A DNA stretch of 64,000 nt, from positions 3,345-67,344 of the forward strand of contig JAGNGI010000004.1 in the NCBI GenBank assembly GCA_018002295.1, in the 5' to 3' direction. Shown here piece by piece: positions 31,901 to 40,580 of this stretch. Within the stretch, counting starts at the first letter, position 1. The number at the start of each line of letters is the position of its first letter. A model generated the notes under the pieces. That model searched no databases and was not told the origin of the DNA. It saw nothing but the letters and a program-made list of their open reading frames with translations. The translations under genes were made by a program, and so were the position numbers. Origin of the DNA: Fidelibacterota bacterium (GTDB taxonomy: Bacteria; Fidelibacterota; UBA2242).

Positions 31901-32876
31901 TCCTGTCTTTAAAAGTCCAAACATTCAGTATAGTCCTTATATGAAAGAAACAAAAGACTCCGATATTTTCGATGGCGTTGAGTTAGTGTTTAGTAATCCG
32001 TGGGATATTAAAATGATTAAATCTAAGTCGGGCTGGAATTCGACTGATAGAATTATTGATTTTACCTTTAGAATTGATCAGGCTTTATTGGAAGGCGATA
32101 CCATAGTTGGAGTACAATATCCCGGAATATATGAGCTGCGAGTCGGTGATAGTAGCGAAGTATTATATGAAACTCCCAAAGAATTCTTAAAGTCCATCTA
32201 TCCTAGTTTCTCAGATGTAATTATAAGAACCCTGGTAAAGAAGACTAATTTTTATCTATTTAATGTGTTGGATTCTGTAAAGATACCTTTTCTTTATAAT
32301 GGTGGAATAAAAAACAGTTATGGAATTTATGAAATAACGCCAGGTGGCTTGATTGAATCTTATATTCCTAAACCGGATAGTACTTATCAATATTCCTGGG
32401 TGATAAACTTTCCGCCTATTTCAGATAAAGTCACACCGCCCCGGTTCCTAAAAGGTGACATTCTCCATATTGAAACAGAAATCCCCTTCCGTAATGGTGA
32501 TATTTATGAATTCACTACTGAAATTCCTAATGTAGATGATGAAGTGGCTAAATCTAGCTTAGATGATATTCAGGTTGTCCCTAATCCTTATGTGGTTGCC
32601 AATACGATGGAATCGCCATTACCGCCTGCCATTACCAGTGGCCGAGGGGAAAGGCGGATTGAATTTCGCAAATTGCCTAACGATGCCAAAGTACATATCT
32701 TTACATCAGCCGGGGCGCATGTAATTACCCTAAATCACAACGGCAATATTCATAATGGTACTTTAGCCTGGAATGTTAAATCGAAAGAGAATCTCGATGT
32801 AGCATTTGGGGTTTATTACTATATCATAGAATCATCGGTCGGTAAAAAATCCGGCAAATTAGCAGTAATAAAATAG
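28965..32876 (+). CDS. 1303-aa secreted protein with thrombospondin-type-3-like Ca-binding Asp repeats and T9SS C-terminal sorting domain
   Basis: ATG overlaps the receptor stop (ATGA). Signal peptide present. Repeats DGIDNDGDNKPEEHPG, DGIDNDLDGLIDEN and DNDGDWN…VGNDGKPGTNDYGENDGKPT occur twice. Fn3-like module. C-terminus VVPNPYV…KVHIFTSAGAHVITL…GVYYYII…KSGKLAVIK fits a T9SS type-A CTD. Confidence 0.6.
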   Translation: MKHSIKYLTIEILSILLMTITTSQIILANQSGKAYRRSSIHNGNLVRTVFGNWGVIGQPREKGPRGAWLFDTNGYIGDVSPMVGAEVNYHSEELDSTITFHSVVVCPVDRPATAREESPTGDQWTFEPVSGYFNESSQGIAMSTDQNSWPPYWPDKMDDPEDPGWPEQWNGFFGKGVTNADQESYFIMDDNNDVEFNSGHNLKGVYFKPDNRDANRNGLGLEVKVRGMQWAQFLAQDVIFWLYEITNTSTTDYDKVVFGMIAGTYNGVTGTDDSPQEYDDDYSFFDVERDLTYTGDYPNNNSRNPKWQGPVGLVGYAFLESPGNPYDGIDNDGDNKPEEHPGKNLIFTAPLFTESDFDSVVYNKGDQIVLIDKDYKRTFHTITSDTETVVTKGMQITIIAGQTKLVEGNVLANGSINPNVYDGIDNDLDGLIDENYLLHYRQRRVDQNGVVLFDTLNPVAYKDYRRGLGIGDPLIDEARNDGLDNDGDWNPETDDVGNDGKPGTNDYGENDGKPTANEPNFDKTDVDESDQIGLTSFNYFVPSNAYPMADDELLWEWLKPGYFDVPSSIQNGKPVAGEDGDFIYGSGYFPLRAGDTQRFSLALVYGYDLTDLLKNRETVQDIYNSDYRFPQPPDKPTVTAVAGDGKVTLYWDRKAEESIDPVTKEKDFEGYKIYKATDPDFNDVFVITDANGVLTGYKPLAQFDKVNGIKGIFEASSDLYQSAGGYSYYLGSDNGLVHSYVDEDVQNGRIYYYAVVAYDHGDASNDIFPSENTKFISVQSDGTVITDINTVQVRPTAKVAGYDEQNSELALKHLEGPATGVIQYKIIDETLLNGHTYKVNFTDTRTDGIDNDGDWNYLTCDVGSDGKPGTNDYGEGDGIPTSGEPNFEWNDEDEFAQITSTYSVLDKTGVEEFINLDTSYVWLTYQNIQYDDILIASESDPNNYLSLSKFEIDTLRGKIKIKAGSNLKSGSYRIFYKYYPVFKSPNIQYSPYMKETKDSDIFDGVELVFSNPWDIKMIKSKSGWNSTDRIIDFTFRIDQALLEGDTIVGVQYPGIYELRVGDSSEVLYETPKEFLKSIYPSFSDVIIRTLVKKTNFYLFNVLDSVKIPFLYNGGIKNSYGIYEITPGGLIESYIPKPDSTYQYSWVINFPPISDKVTPPRFLKGDILHIETEIPFRNGDIYEFTTEIPNVDDEVAKSSLDDIQVVPNPYVVANTMESPLPPAITSGRGERRIEFRKLPNDAKVHIFTSAGAHVITLNHNGNIHNGTLAWNVKSKENLDVAFGVYYYIIESSVGKKSGKLAVIK

Positions 32877-32886
32877 CGGTGAGAAC

Positions 32887-33900
32887 ATGAATAGAAAATT
32901 ACCTACTATAATTTCGACAGTACTGATTAGCACTATATTTTTAAATGCTCAGAATAAAGAAGGAACTGCCGCCGGTCAATTTTTGCAAATTCCAGTCGGT
33001 GGGAAGGCAATTGCAATGGGTGGCGCATTCACGGCTCTGGCCGATGATGCGAGTGCAATTTATTATAATCCGGGAGCAATTTCCCGAATTAGTAAAAATA
33101 AATTGTATGTTTCTCAAACTAATTGGTTAGTGGGAGGGAAGCATCAATTTATAGCGGCTCAGGTAATGGCAACCAGCAATGATATCATTGGAATTGGCGT
33201 TGATTACTTAGATTACGGTGAGCGAGAAAAAATAACTACGGTAGCGGAGCCAGATGGTACCGGTGAATATTGGGAAGCAAGTGATTTAGCTTTTAGCTTG
33301 GGCTATGCTCGCAACTTAACCGACCGCTTTTCAATCGGAGGCAGTGTCAAATTCATTCAACAAAATATCTGGCATGTCAGCGCAACGGGATTTGCCGCTG
33401 ATCTGGGATTATTATTTAAAACTCAATTCAACGGACTTCAGATTGGTGCCAGCATGCGGAATTTTGGTAGCGAGTTACAATTAACAGGACGCGATTTAAT
33501 TACTCAGGTTGACCTTGACGAAGAAGCCTCTGGCAATAACGAGACAATCGTCGCTTATCTTAAAACTGATAAATGGCCAATTCCTTTAACGTTTACTATA
33601 GGAGTCGCGATGCCGGTGATCAATAGTAATCAATTTGTTTTGACACTGGCAGGTGATGTCGTACGTCCTACGGATAATAGCCAGACGCTTAACTGTGGGG
33701 CTGAGGCAATAATAATGAAAATGATTAGTCTTCGTGCCGGTTATCAAGCTTTATTTCGCGAAAATAAACAGCAAGGATTGACCGCTGGTATTGGCTTGAA
33801 ATTGCCAATCCAATATGCCGATTTTTATTTTGATTATTCTTATCAAGAATTTGGATTTTTTGGGAATCTTTCAACTATGTCTATATCAATAGGTTTTTAA
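32887..33900 (+). CDS. PorV/PorQ-like (UPF0164-type) outer-membrane beta-barrel protein
   Basis: Signal peptide, then FLQIPVGGKAIAMGGAFTALADDASAIYYNPGAI, an N-terminal signature I recall for PorV/PorQ-family barrels. Alternating-residue beta-strand character; ends in F. Confidence 0.45.
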   Translation: MNRKLPTIISTVLISTIFLNAQNKEGTAAGQFLQIPVGGKAIAMGGAFTALADDASAIYYNPGAISRISKNKLYVSQTNWLVGGKHQFIAAQVMATSNDIIGIGVDYLDYGEREKITTVAEPDGTGEYWEASDLAFSLGYARNLTDRFSIGGSVKFIQQNIWHVSATGFAADLGLLFKTQFNGLQIGASMRNFGSELQLTGRDLITQVDLDEEASGNNETIVAYLKTDKWPIPLTFTIGVAMPVINSNQFVLTLAGDVVRPTDNSQTLNCGAEAIIMKMISLRAGYQALFRENKQQGLTAGIGLKLPIQYADFYFDYSYQEFGFFGNLSTMSISIGF

Positions 33901-33922
33901 CAACAAAAGAAAGGAGTAAGCT

Positions 33923-35974
33923 ATGAAAAAAGCTACTGTTTTGATGTTGATGTTGACTCTAATTGCTGTCTCGGGATTAGCCGATGTGACAGTTAATTAT
34001 ATTGTCAATACATCAACTCTGCAAGGGGTCACCGATTCGACCCATCAGGTCCAGATTTGTGGTGCGGAAGTCGGGCCAGAAGGTGTTGAAAAGTGGTACA
34101 ACCTTTTTCTGACCTGGGGTGATGAATCACCACTAGCCGCCAATATTGGAGGAGATTACTGGAAATTGACGATTGCTTATCCGGATTCGATGATTGGCTG
34201 GCGGATGGCTTATAAGGTTCGTTATAAGGCTAATGAGGATGATGCCTTTACGTGGGAGAATGTAACTGGTGGTGGCAACCGTATGTGGGTTTTACCGGCT
34301 ACTGACACGACTTTAGCGGTTGCTTATGTTAACAATGATTTCAATCCGCCCTTTGCGCCATCCGATTCTGTTGACATTTTAGTTCGGGTAAATATGGAGA
34401 ATTACGAAGACAGTTTCTCACTATTGTCGGTTGTTGGCCATTGGCCTTTCTGTGATCCAGCCTGGACACCTGGGGCACTGCCTTTGACTCAAGAAGGCAC
34501 CTCCGATTACTGGAGCAGAACGATCCGGATTCCACAGGCTGTGATGGATACCGTTGATCGAGTACAACCTCTCGGTGCAGAGCATCCCGGGGTACTAATG
34601 TATCGTTTTGCGATCGGTAATGATTGGAACAATTCAGAAAACTTGAATGGTAAATACTGGCCAGGTAATGAAAACCGGATCATTGCTCTGCATCCTGGCT
34701 TGGAAGATACGACCTTGGCTTGGAAATATTGGAATGACAATCCACCGGCCGGATTTATAGCGGAAGATACCGTTGATATTACTTTTACCGCCGATTTAAC
34801 TAATGCCATTGCCAATAAAGGTTTTGCAGTTGGCGATACCATTTTAGTCCGGATGGGTTATTTTAACAGTCTGTCTTCAACAATGGATGCTAATCTGCTT
34901 CGAATTTCCGGAACCTACCTATATTCGACCACTTTTACAGATGTTCCAGTAGTTCTTAACGAACCGCTTTATTATCAGTATTATCTTGTAAAAGATGCCG
35001 TAGAACAACGTGAAGTATATTTCAATTTTGATTATGAAGGCGAAGACGTTACGCGAGCAGAAAGACGTGCATACGTCATAACCGGCGATGCTGAAATCAA
35101 CGACATCGAGGATAGCGAAACCGATCCACGTCGCATGCCCAAATTCAGGAATAACCAGAAACTTAGTCAGGCGGTTACCGTAACTATTGAATGCGACCTG
35201 CGTCCGGCCTATTATCAAGTCTGGGCTGGTTCGACGCTTGACGATATTCAAGGCAACATTGACATTACCCCAGCGATGCTGGAAGCCAATCCAGATACTC
35301 TCGCTAAATTAGGTTTATGTATCAATGGCCCAATGTCCAACAATGGCGAAGGTACCTGGGCAACTTGGGGTGGAACGTTAGCCAGTGACGCTACTCGCAG
35401 AATGTATGACGATGGAACTAATGGTGACGAGACTGCTGGTGATACCATTTATACGATTGTATACAATTTTACCACTGAAAAAACCATCGGTCAGGAATTC
35501 AAATTCGGGATTGGCGGCGGAGATAATGAAAGCAGTTATGGTCTTAACCATATAGAAAATATTGATGACACGAATCCGACTTTTACACTGGAGGTTCAGT
35601 TTGGCTCGATCAATCCGAATTTCTATTCGGCTTGGGATTTTAATGCCAGAGCACCTAAGGTCGGAATCAAAAATCAAAATGCCACTATTGCCAAGGAATT
35701 CTCCCTCTCTCAGAATTTTCCAAATCCATTCAATCCAACTACAGAAATTCGTTTTACTATCTCGGAAAAAAGCGATGTTCATTTGACGATATACAACCTG
35801 CTTGGTAAGGTTGTCAATAAGGTTACTTATAATAACCTGGACATCGGCAATTACAGCTACGTCTGGAATAGTAAAGACCTAAACGGCAACAGTGTTGCCT
35901 CCGGTATTTATTTCTATGAACTACGGGCTGGTAGTAAATATCATGCTATCAAAAAGATGGTTTTGATGAAATAA
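33923..35974 (+). CDS. secreted protein with four tandem CBM20-like starch-binding-type modules and T9SS C-terminal sorting domain
   Basis: Signal peptide. Four ~110-aa repeats each ending in a CBM20-like W…WE…NR pattern (e.g. FTWENVTGGGNRMWVLP). C-terminus NFPNPFNPTTEIRFTI…LTIYNLLGKVV…SGIYFYELRAG…KKMVLMK is a T9SS type-A CTD. Confidence 0.55.
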   Translation: MKKATVLMLMLTLIAVSGLADVTVNYIVNTSTLQGVTDSTHQVQICGAEVGPEGVEKWYNLFLTWGDESPLAANIGGDYWKLTIAYPDSMIGWRMAYKVRYKANEDDAFTWENVTGGGNRMWVLPATDTTLAVAYVNNDFNPPFAPSDSVDILVRVNMENYEDSFSLLSVVGHWPFCDPAWTPGALPLTQEGTSDYWSRTIRIPQAVMDTVDRVQPLGAEHPGVLMYRFAIGNDWNNSENLNGKYWPGNENRIIALHPGLEDTTLAWKYWNDNPPAGFIAEDTVDITFTADLTNAIANKGFAVGDTILVRMGYFNSLSSTMDANLLRISGTYLYSTTFTDVPVVLNEPLYYQYYLVKDAVEQREVYFNFDYEGEDVTRAERRAYVITGDAEINDIEDSETDPRRMPKFRNNQKLSQAVTVTIECDLRPAYYQVWAGSTLDDIQGNIDITPAMLEANPDTLAKLGLCINGPMSNNGEGTWATWGGTLASDATRRMYDDGTNGDETAGDTIYTIVYNFTTEKTIGQEFKFGIGGGDNESSYGLNHIENIDDTNPTFTLEVQFGSINPNFYSAWDFNARAPKVGIKNQNATIAKEFSLSQNFPNPFNPTTEIRFTISEKSDVHLTIYNLLGKVVNKVTYNNLDIGNYSYVWNSKDLNGNSVASGIYFYELRAGSKYHAIKKMVLMK

Positions 35975-35983
35975 GTTGCTCTT

Positions 35984-36024
35984 AAGAGGAAGGACGGATT
36001 TTCCGTCCTTCCTCTTTTTCTTTG
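35984..36024 (+). terminator. strong intrinsic terminator
   Basis: AAGAGGAAGGACGG-atttt-CCGTCCTTCCTCTT, a perfect 14-bp stem, followed by TTTTCTTT. Sits right after the 33923..35974 gene. Confidence 0.75.
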
Positions 36025-36048
36025 ATTGTTCATTAAGGAGATCGCCAG

Positions 36049-37881
36049 ATGCATATAGTAGATTATTTTATTATCTGTATTTATCTGATAGGAATCCTCA
36101 TAGTGGGTTTATGGTTCCAGCGTAAAGCCTCTGAGGGTATTAATTCATATTTTCTGGGTAATCGGTCATTGCCTTGGTGGGCTTTAGGAGCATCCGGCAT
36201 GGCATCCAATCTTGATATAAGCGGAACTATGATTATTGTTGCCCTGGTCTATGCCTTAGGAGCCCGAGGTTTATATATCGAATTTCGGGGGGGTGTTACC
36301 TTGATTATGGCATTTTTAATGATTTTTATGGGTAAATGGAACCGGCGTTCAAAAGTGATGACTTTAGCGGAATGGATGGAATTCCGTTTTGGGAAAGGTA
36401 CAGAGGGGCGCTTAGCGCGGATGATTACGGCTTTGACCTCGATTCTGGTCACGATTGCGATGGTAACTTATTTTGCTGTGGGTGGAGGAAAATTTTTAGA
36501 CAAATTTTTAGGTATTCCAAATTTTTTGGGTTTATCGTCGCAATTTTGGGCGGCGGCGGTTCTGATCGCCATTGCGATGATTTATACGGTTGCTTCCGGA
36601 TTATATGGAGTGGTGTGGACAGATGTATTTCAAGGTTCACTGATATTTTTAATGATTTTATACGTAGTTATCCAGGTGTTTCATTTTGATATACCGTCGG
36701 AATTTTCTGTAGTTATGCCTTTGAAGGATGCTGCAGGAGGTGGATTCCAGTTTTTCCCCACAACTTATCAGGAGTGGACCGACGTTCTCCCCAAATTCAA
36801 ATTATCGATCGATTCCAGCAGTGTCTATAGTATGTACAATTTATTCGGAATCGCTGTACTGTTTTATTTGCTTAAGGTAGTTATCGAGGGTTGTGGAGGG
36901 ACCGGCAACTATATGATTCAACGTTACTACGCCGCTAAAGATGATCGTGAAGCTGGATTACTCTCGTTATTCTGGACATTTTTATTATCATTCCGCTGGC
37001 TTTTTGTGGGAGCTATGGCAGTCTGGGGGATATATCTCGGAACTCAAATTACCGATCCCGAGATGGTTTTACCCATTGTGGTCCAAACTGTACCAATTGG
37101 AATAAAAGGATTTCTGGTGGCTGGTATGATGGCGGCGGCAATGTCAACTTTCGACTCGACTGTTAATGCTGGTGCGGCTTATTGGGTCAAAGATATTTAT
37201 CTTGAATATATAAATAAAAATGCTTCTGATCATCAGCAGATACGACAAAGCTATGGAGCCTCGATAATTATTGTAGTTCTTGGACTGGTTCTAATGCTTA
37301 TTATTAAGAATATTAATGAAATTTGGGGCTGGATTACTATGAGTATAGGAGCCGGCTTGATTGTGCCCCAATTACTGCGCTGGTATTGGTGGCGACTAAA
37401 TGGTTATGGTTATACTATCGGTATGGCTGCCGGAATGCTAGCTTCGATCATCTGGAAAATTATCGCCCCTGAAGCAACCGCCGAATACTGGTCATTTCTA
37501 TTTGCCGCCGGAATTAGTACCGTCGCTACGGTTATCGGCACCCTTTTAACCGAACCAACTGACGAGAAAGTATTGGATAATTTCTACCGAGTTACCCGTC
37601 CATTTGGTTTTTGGGGACCAATCCGAGCTAAATTACCCGAAAAACTGATATCTCAAATCAATCGTGAAAATCGACGCGATATAATCTCAATTTTCTTCGC
37701 CGTGCCTTGGCAGGTGTGCCTGTTTTTGATGTGGATGGTTCTAGTGATGAAACGCTATGATACTTTCCTTAGCTTATTACTGATTGTAGTAACACTATCA
37801 ACAATATTATACTTTACCTGGTTTCGTCATCTTGCGACAGAGGTAAACATCGAATCCGATGCCGATTCATCTTCGGGGTAA
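36049..37881 (+). CDS. sodium:solute symporter family (SSF) transporter
   Basis: 610 aa, ~14 TM segments, SSF-type glycine-rich helices. Located between the glycan-binding and regulator genes. Confidence 0.7.
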   Translation: MHIVDYFIICIYLIGILIVGLWFQRKASEGINSYFLGNRSLPWWALGASGMASNLDISGTMIIVALVYALGARGLYIEFRGGVTLIMAFLMIFMGKWNRRSKVMTLAEWMEFRFGKGTEGRLARMITALTSILVTIAMVTYFAVGGGKFLDKFLGIPNFLGLSSQFWAAAVLIAIAMIYTVASGLYGVVWTDVFQGSLIFLMILYVVIQVFHFDIPSEFSVVMPLKDAAGGGFQFFPTTYQEWTDVLPKFKLSIDSSSVYSMYNLFGIAVLFYLLKVVIEGCGGTGNYMIQRYYAAKDDREAGLLSLFWTFLLSFRWLFVGAMAVWGIYLGTQITDPEMVLPIVVQTVPIGIKGFLVAGMMAAAMSTFDSTVNAGAAYWVKDIYLEYINKNASDHQQIRQSYGASIIIVVLGLVLMLIIKNINEIWGWITMSIGAGLIVPQLLRWYWWRLNGYGYTIGMAAGMLASIIWKIIAPEATAEYWSFLFAAGISTVATVIGTLLTEPTDEKVLDNFYRVTRPFGFWGPIRAKLPEKLISQINRENRRDIISIFFAVPWQVCLFLMWMVLVMKRYDTFLSLLLIVVTLSTILYFTWFRHLATEVNIESDADSSSG

Positions 37882-37902
37882 CCTAAAATAGAAAGAAAAA
37901 AA

Positions 37903-38736
37903 ATGGATATTTTTCAGGATAATGTTCTTCATAAAATGATGCAACTGGGCTTTACTAATTATGAAGCCCGCACTTACCTCGGACTACTGAAATTGAGTCC
38001 TGCTACCGGTTATGAAATCAGTCAATTGGCTCACGTTCCTCGTTCCGTAGTTTACTCGGTATTAAAGCAGTTAGAATCGCGAGGTATCGTAATTTCGATT
38101 CATGATAAACCGCGCCGATATATCCCTTTGGCACCGGACGAGATGCTGAAGCGGATGGAGACCGATTATGCCAGTCGAGTATCGAACCTTAAAGACGATT
38201 TAGCCGAACTCAGTAATAAATCAGGCACCGAGGGATTCTGGAACTTACGTGGATACCAATCTTTAATGCAAACCTGTGAGACGTTAATCCGCGAAGCTCA
38301 TAAATCTATCTACATTTCCGGCTGGCAACGTGAGATTTCGCTCCTTAGAGAGCACTTACTAAATGCCTGTAAACGCAATGTTTTTGTCGTAATTTTTTCC
38401 TTTAATGAAATTAATCCGCCAATCGGAGAAACCTTGGCTTATGGCATTCCAGAAGAAAAACTGGAACATTATTGGGATCGGAAATTAATTTTGGTAACCG
38501 ATTCGAAAAATTTAATTATGGGACCAGCTAATCAGAAAGAAGATGAGCAAGCCATCTGGACTCAGAATAAAGCGGCACTAACAATTGCTACCAATTATAT
38601 TATTCTGGATATAACCCTTTTCGGTCAGCGAATGAATATGGATATTTCTAACATTATTGCTGGTATGTTGACTGACGAATTTGAAAAAGTTGATGATCTC
38701 ATTCAAGAAGCCATTGAAAAACACAAAAAGGCTTAA
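37903..38736 (+). CDS. TrmB-family sugar-responsive transcriptional regulator
   Basis: N-terminal HTH LGFTNYEARTYLGLLKLSPATGYEISQLAHVPRSVVYSVLKQLESRGIV matches the TrmB DNA-binding domain. The C-terminal domain is the length of a TrmB sugar-binding domain. Confidence 0.7.
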   Translation: MDIFQDNVLHKMMQLGFTNYEARTYLGLLKLSPATGYEISQLAHVPRSVVYSVLKQLESRGIVISIHDKPRRYIPLAPDEMLKRMETDYASRVSNLKDDLAELSNKSGTEGFWNLRGYQSLMQTCETLIREAHKSIYISGWQREISLLREHLLNACKRNVFVVIFSFNEINPPIGETLAYGIPEEKLEHYWDRKLILVTDSKNLIMGPANQKEDEQAIWTQNKAALTIATNYIILDITLFGQRMNMDISNIIAGMLTDEFEKVDDLIQEAIEKHKKA

Positions 38737-38759
38737 GGCTCCAAGTGATTTAACCTGGA

Positions 38760-40580
38760 ATGACCAATATGCCTCGAGTGTTACCTTTAATTTTTGCATT
38801 ACTTATGATTTTAAATAATTGTGAAATAAACCAGAATTTGCAGAGTTTGAACGGCAAATGGTTGTTCAAGTACGATCGCAACGGCATCGGTGATACTCAA
38901 GGTTATTACCGCACCGAATATGATCGGAAAGACTGGAGCACTATAAATGTTCCAGCCTTCTGGGATGATCCGCATTATGACGGAATCGGTTGGTACGCGA
39001 CTGAATTTAAACTTAAAAAACCGCTGGGTAATAACCGACTGGCACTTGTTTTTGAGGCGGTTGACGATGACGCCGTCGTATATCTTAACGGCGAAAAAGT
39101 TGGTGAACATGCCGGTTACGGAATCCAATTTTACCTTGATATAACTCATCAAATCATACCGGGAACATCCAATTTATTAGTCGTGCGTATCAATGATACC
39201 GGTGGAGCGGGCGGGATTACCGGTAATGTCCTGTTGCAATATTATACCGATGAGACAGAACTTCTACAATCAGAATTTTCTCAAAAAGAAGCAAACCCAG
39301 TTCCCGATTGGGTAAAATCAGCTTGCCTTTATGAAGTGTTCGTCAGAGCCTATAGTCCGGAAGGTAACTTTCAAGCACTGACTGAGGATTTACCGCGACT
39401 CAAATTACTCGGAATAGATTGTATCTGGTTGATGCCGATTTTCCCAATCGGCGCTAAACACCGCAAAGGCTCAATGGGCAGTCCTTATTCAATCCGTGAC
39501 TTCAAGAGTATCAATCCGGATCTAGGGACAGAGTCGGATTTGAAAAACCTCGTTACCAGTGCCCATCAACCGGGAATAAAGGTTATTCTCGATATTGCTT
39601 GCAATCACAGCTCCTGGGATAATCTACTTATAGAAGAACACCCCAATTGGTACACTCAAGATGCGCAAGGTAAAATAATTGCCCCGAATGAGAATTGGAG
39701 TGACGTAGCCGATTTTAATTATAATCAAACCGGTTTGCGTGAATATATGTGGGAGGTATTAGAATATTGGGTCAAAGAGTTTGATATAGATGGATACCGG
39801 CTCGATGTCGCTGAACTGGTACCAGATGATTTCTGGAAAACAGCCGCACACCGCCTCCAAAAAATCAAACCGGATATTTTAATGCTGGCGGAAGGCGATC
39901 ATCCTCGTTTGTATCTTAATGGTTTTCATTTGACCTATGGTTGGAATACAAGGCGGGCTTTTTATCAGATTATTAAAAACAATTATCCGGCTGAATTTTT
40001 AGCTCAAACTCTGAGGAAAGAGTATTATCGTTACCCTAAGAATGCGCTCAAAATGCGTTTTACCGAAAATCATGATGAAGCGCGAACTATGGCTTTATTT
40101 TCACCTGAACAGACTATGGTCTTGACCTTCCTGATATTTACCTTGCCGGGCGTCCCGATGATTTATGCTGGACAGGAAATTGGCGTTAGCGAAAAGCCAT
40201 CTCTATTCGAGAAGGATGTTATCAACTGGCGTCAGTTTGATAAAAGTTTAAATGAATTAATCACGAAAATGAATGAACTGCGGCGCAACATTTCTGCTCT
40301 ATCATCGGACACATACCAGGTTATAAATACTTCCGACCCGGAGAGCATCTTCGCATTTTCTCGATATAATGCTCAAGAAGTTGTACTTATTGTTACCAAT
40401 TTGAAAAGTAAATCTCAGATGGCGACGATTGATTTGGCGCCGATTTCAGCGAAAATTCCCAATACTGAACCGGAATTATTGGTCGGAACTGGAGCATTTT
40501 TGCTGGAAAATAATACATTATATTTGCCGTGTTACGGATATGATTATTATTTATTCCGGTTTGAGACCAAAAATGATTAA
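38760..40580 (+). CDS. GH13 alpha-amylase-family enzyme with N-terminal GH2-N-like (sugar-binding jelly-roll) domain
   Basis: N-terminal ~170 aa follows the Glyco_hydro_2_N pattern (DWSTINVPAFWDD…GIGWYATEFKL…LVFEAVDDDAVVYLNGEKVGEHAG…LLVVRIND). Then GH13 regions I (VILDIACNHSS), II (GYRLDVAELV), III (MLAEG) and IV (FTENHDEAR). Confidence 0.75.
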   Translation: MTNMPRVLPLIFALLMILNNCEINQNLQSLNGKWLFKYDRNGIGDTQGYYRTEYDRKDWSTINVPAFWDDPHYDGIGWYATEFKLKKPLGNNRLALVFEAVDDDAVVYLNGEKVGEHAGYGIQFYLDITHQIIPGTSNLLVVRINDTGGAGGITGNVLLQYYTDETELLQSEFSQKEANPVPDWVKSACLYEVFVRAYSPEGNFQALTEDLPRLKLLGIDCIWLMPIFPIGAKHRKGSMGSPYSIRDFKSINPDLGTESDLKNLVTSAHQPGIKVILDIACNHSSWDNLLIEEHPNWYTQDAQGKIIAPNENWSDVADFNYNQTGLREYMWEVLEYWVKEFDIDGYRLDVAELVPDDFWKTAAHRLQKIKPDILMLAEGDHPRLYLNGFHLTYGWNTRRAFYQIIKNNYPAEFLAQTLRKEYYRYPKNALKMRFTENHDEARTMALFSPEQTMVLTFLIFTLPGVPMIYAGQEIGVSEKPSLFEKDVINWRQFDKSLNELITKMNELRRNISALSSDTYQVINTSDPESIFAFSRYNAQEVVLIVTNLKSKSQMATIDLAPISAKIPNTEPELLVGTGAFLLENNTLYLPCYGYDYYLFRFETKND

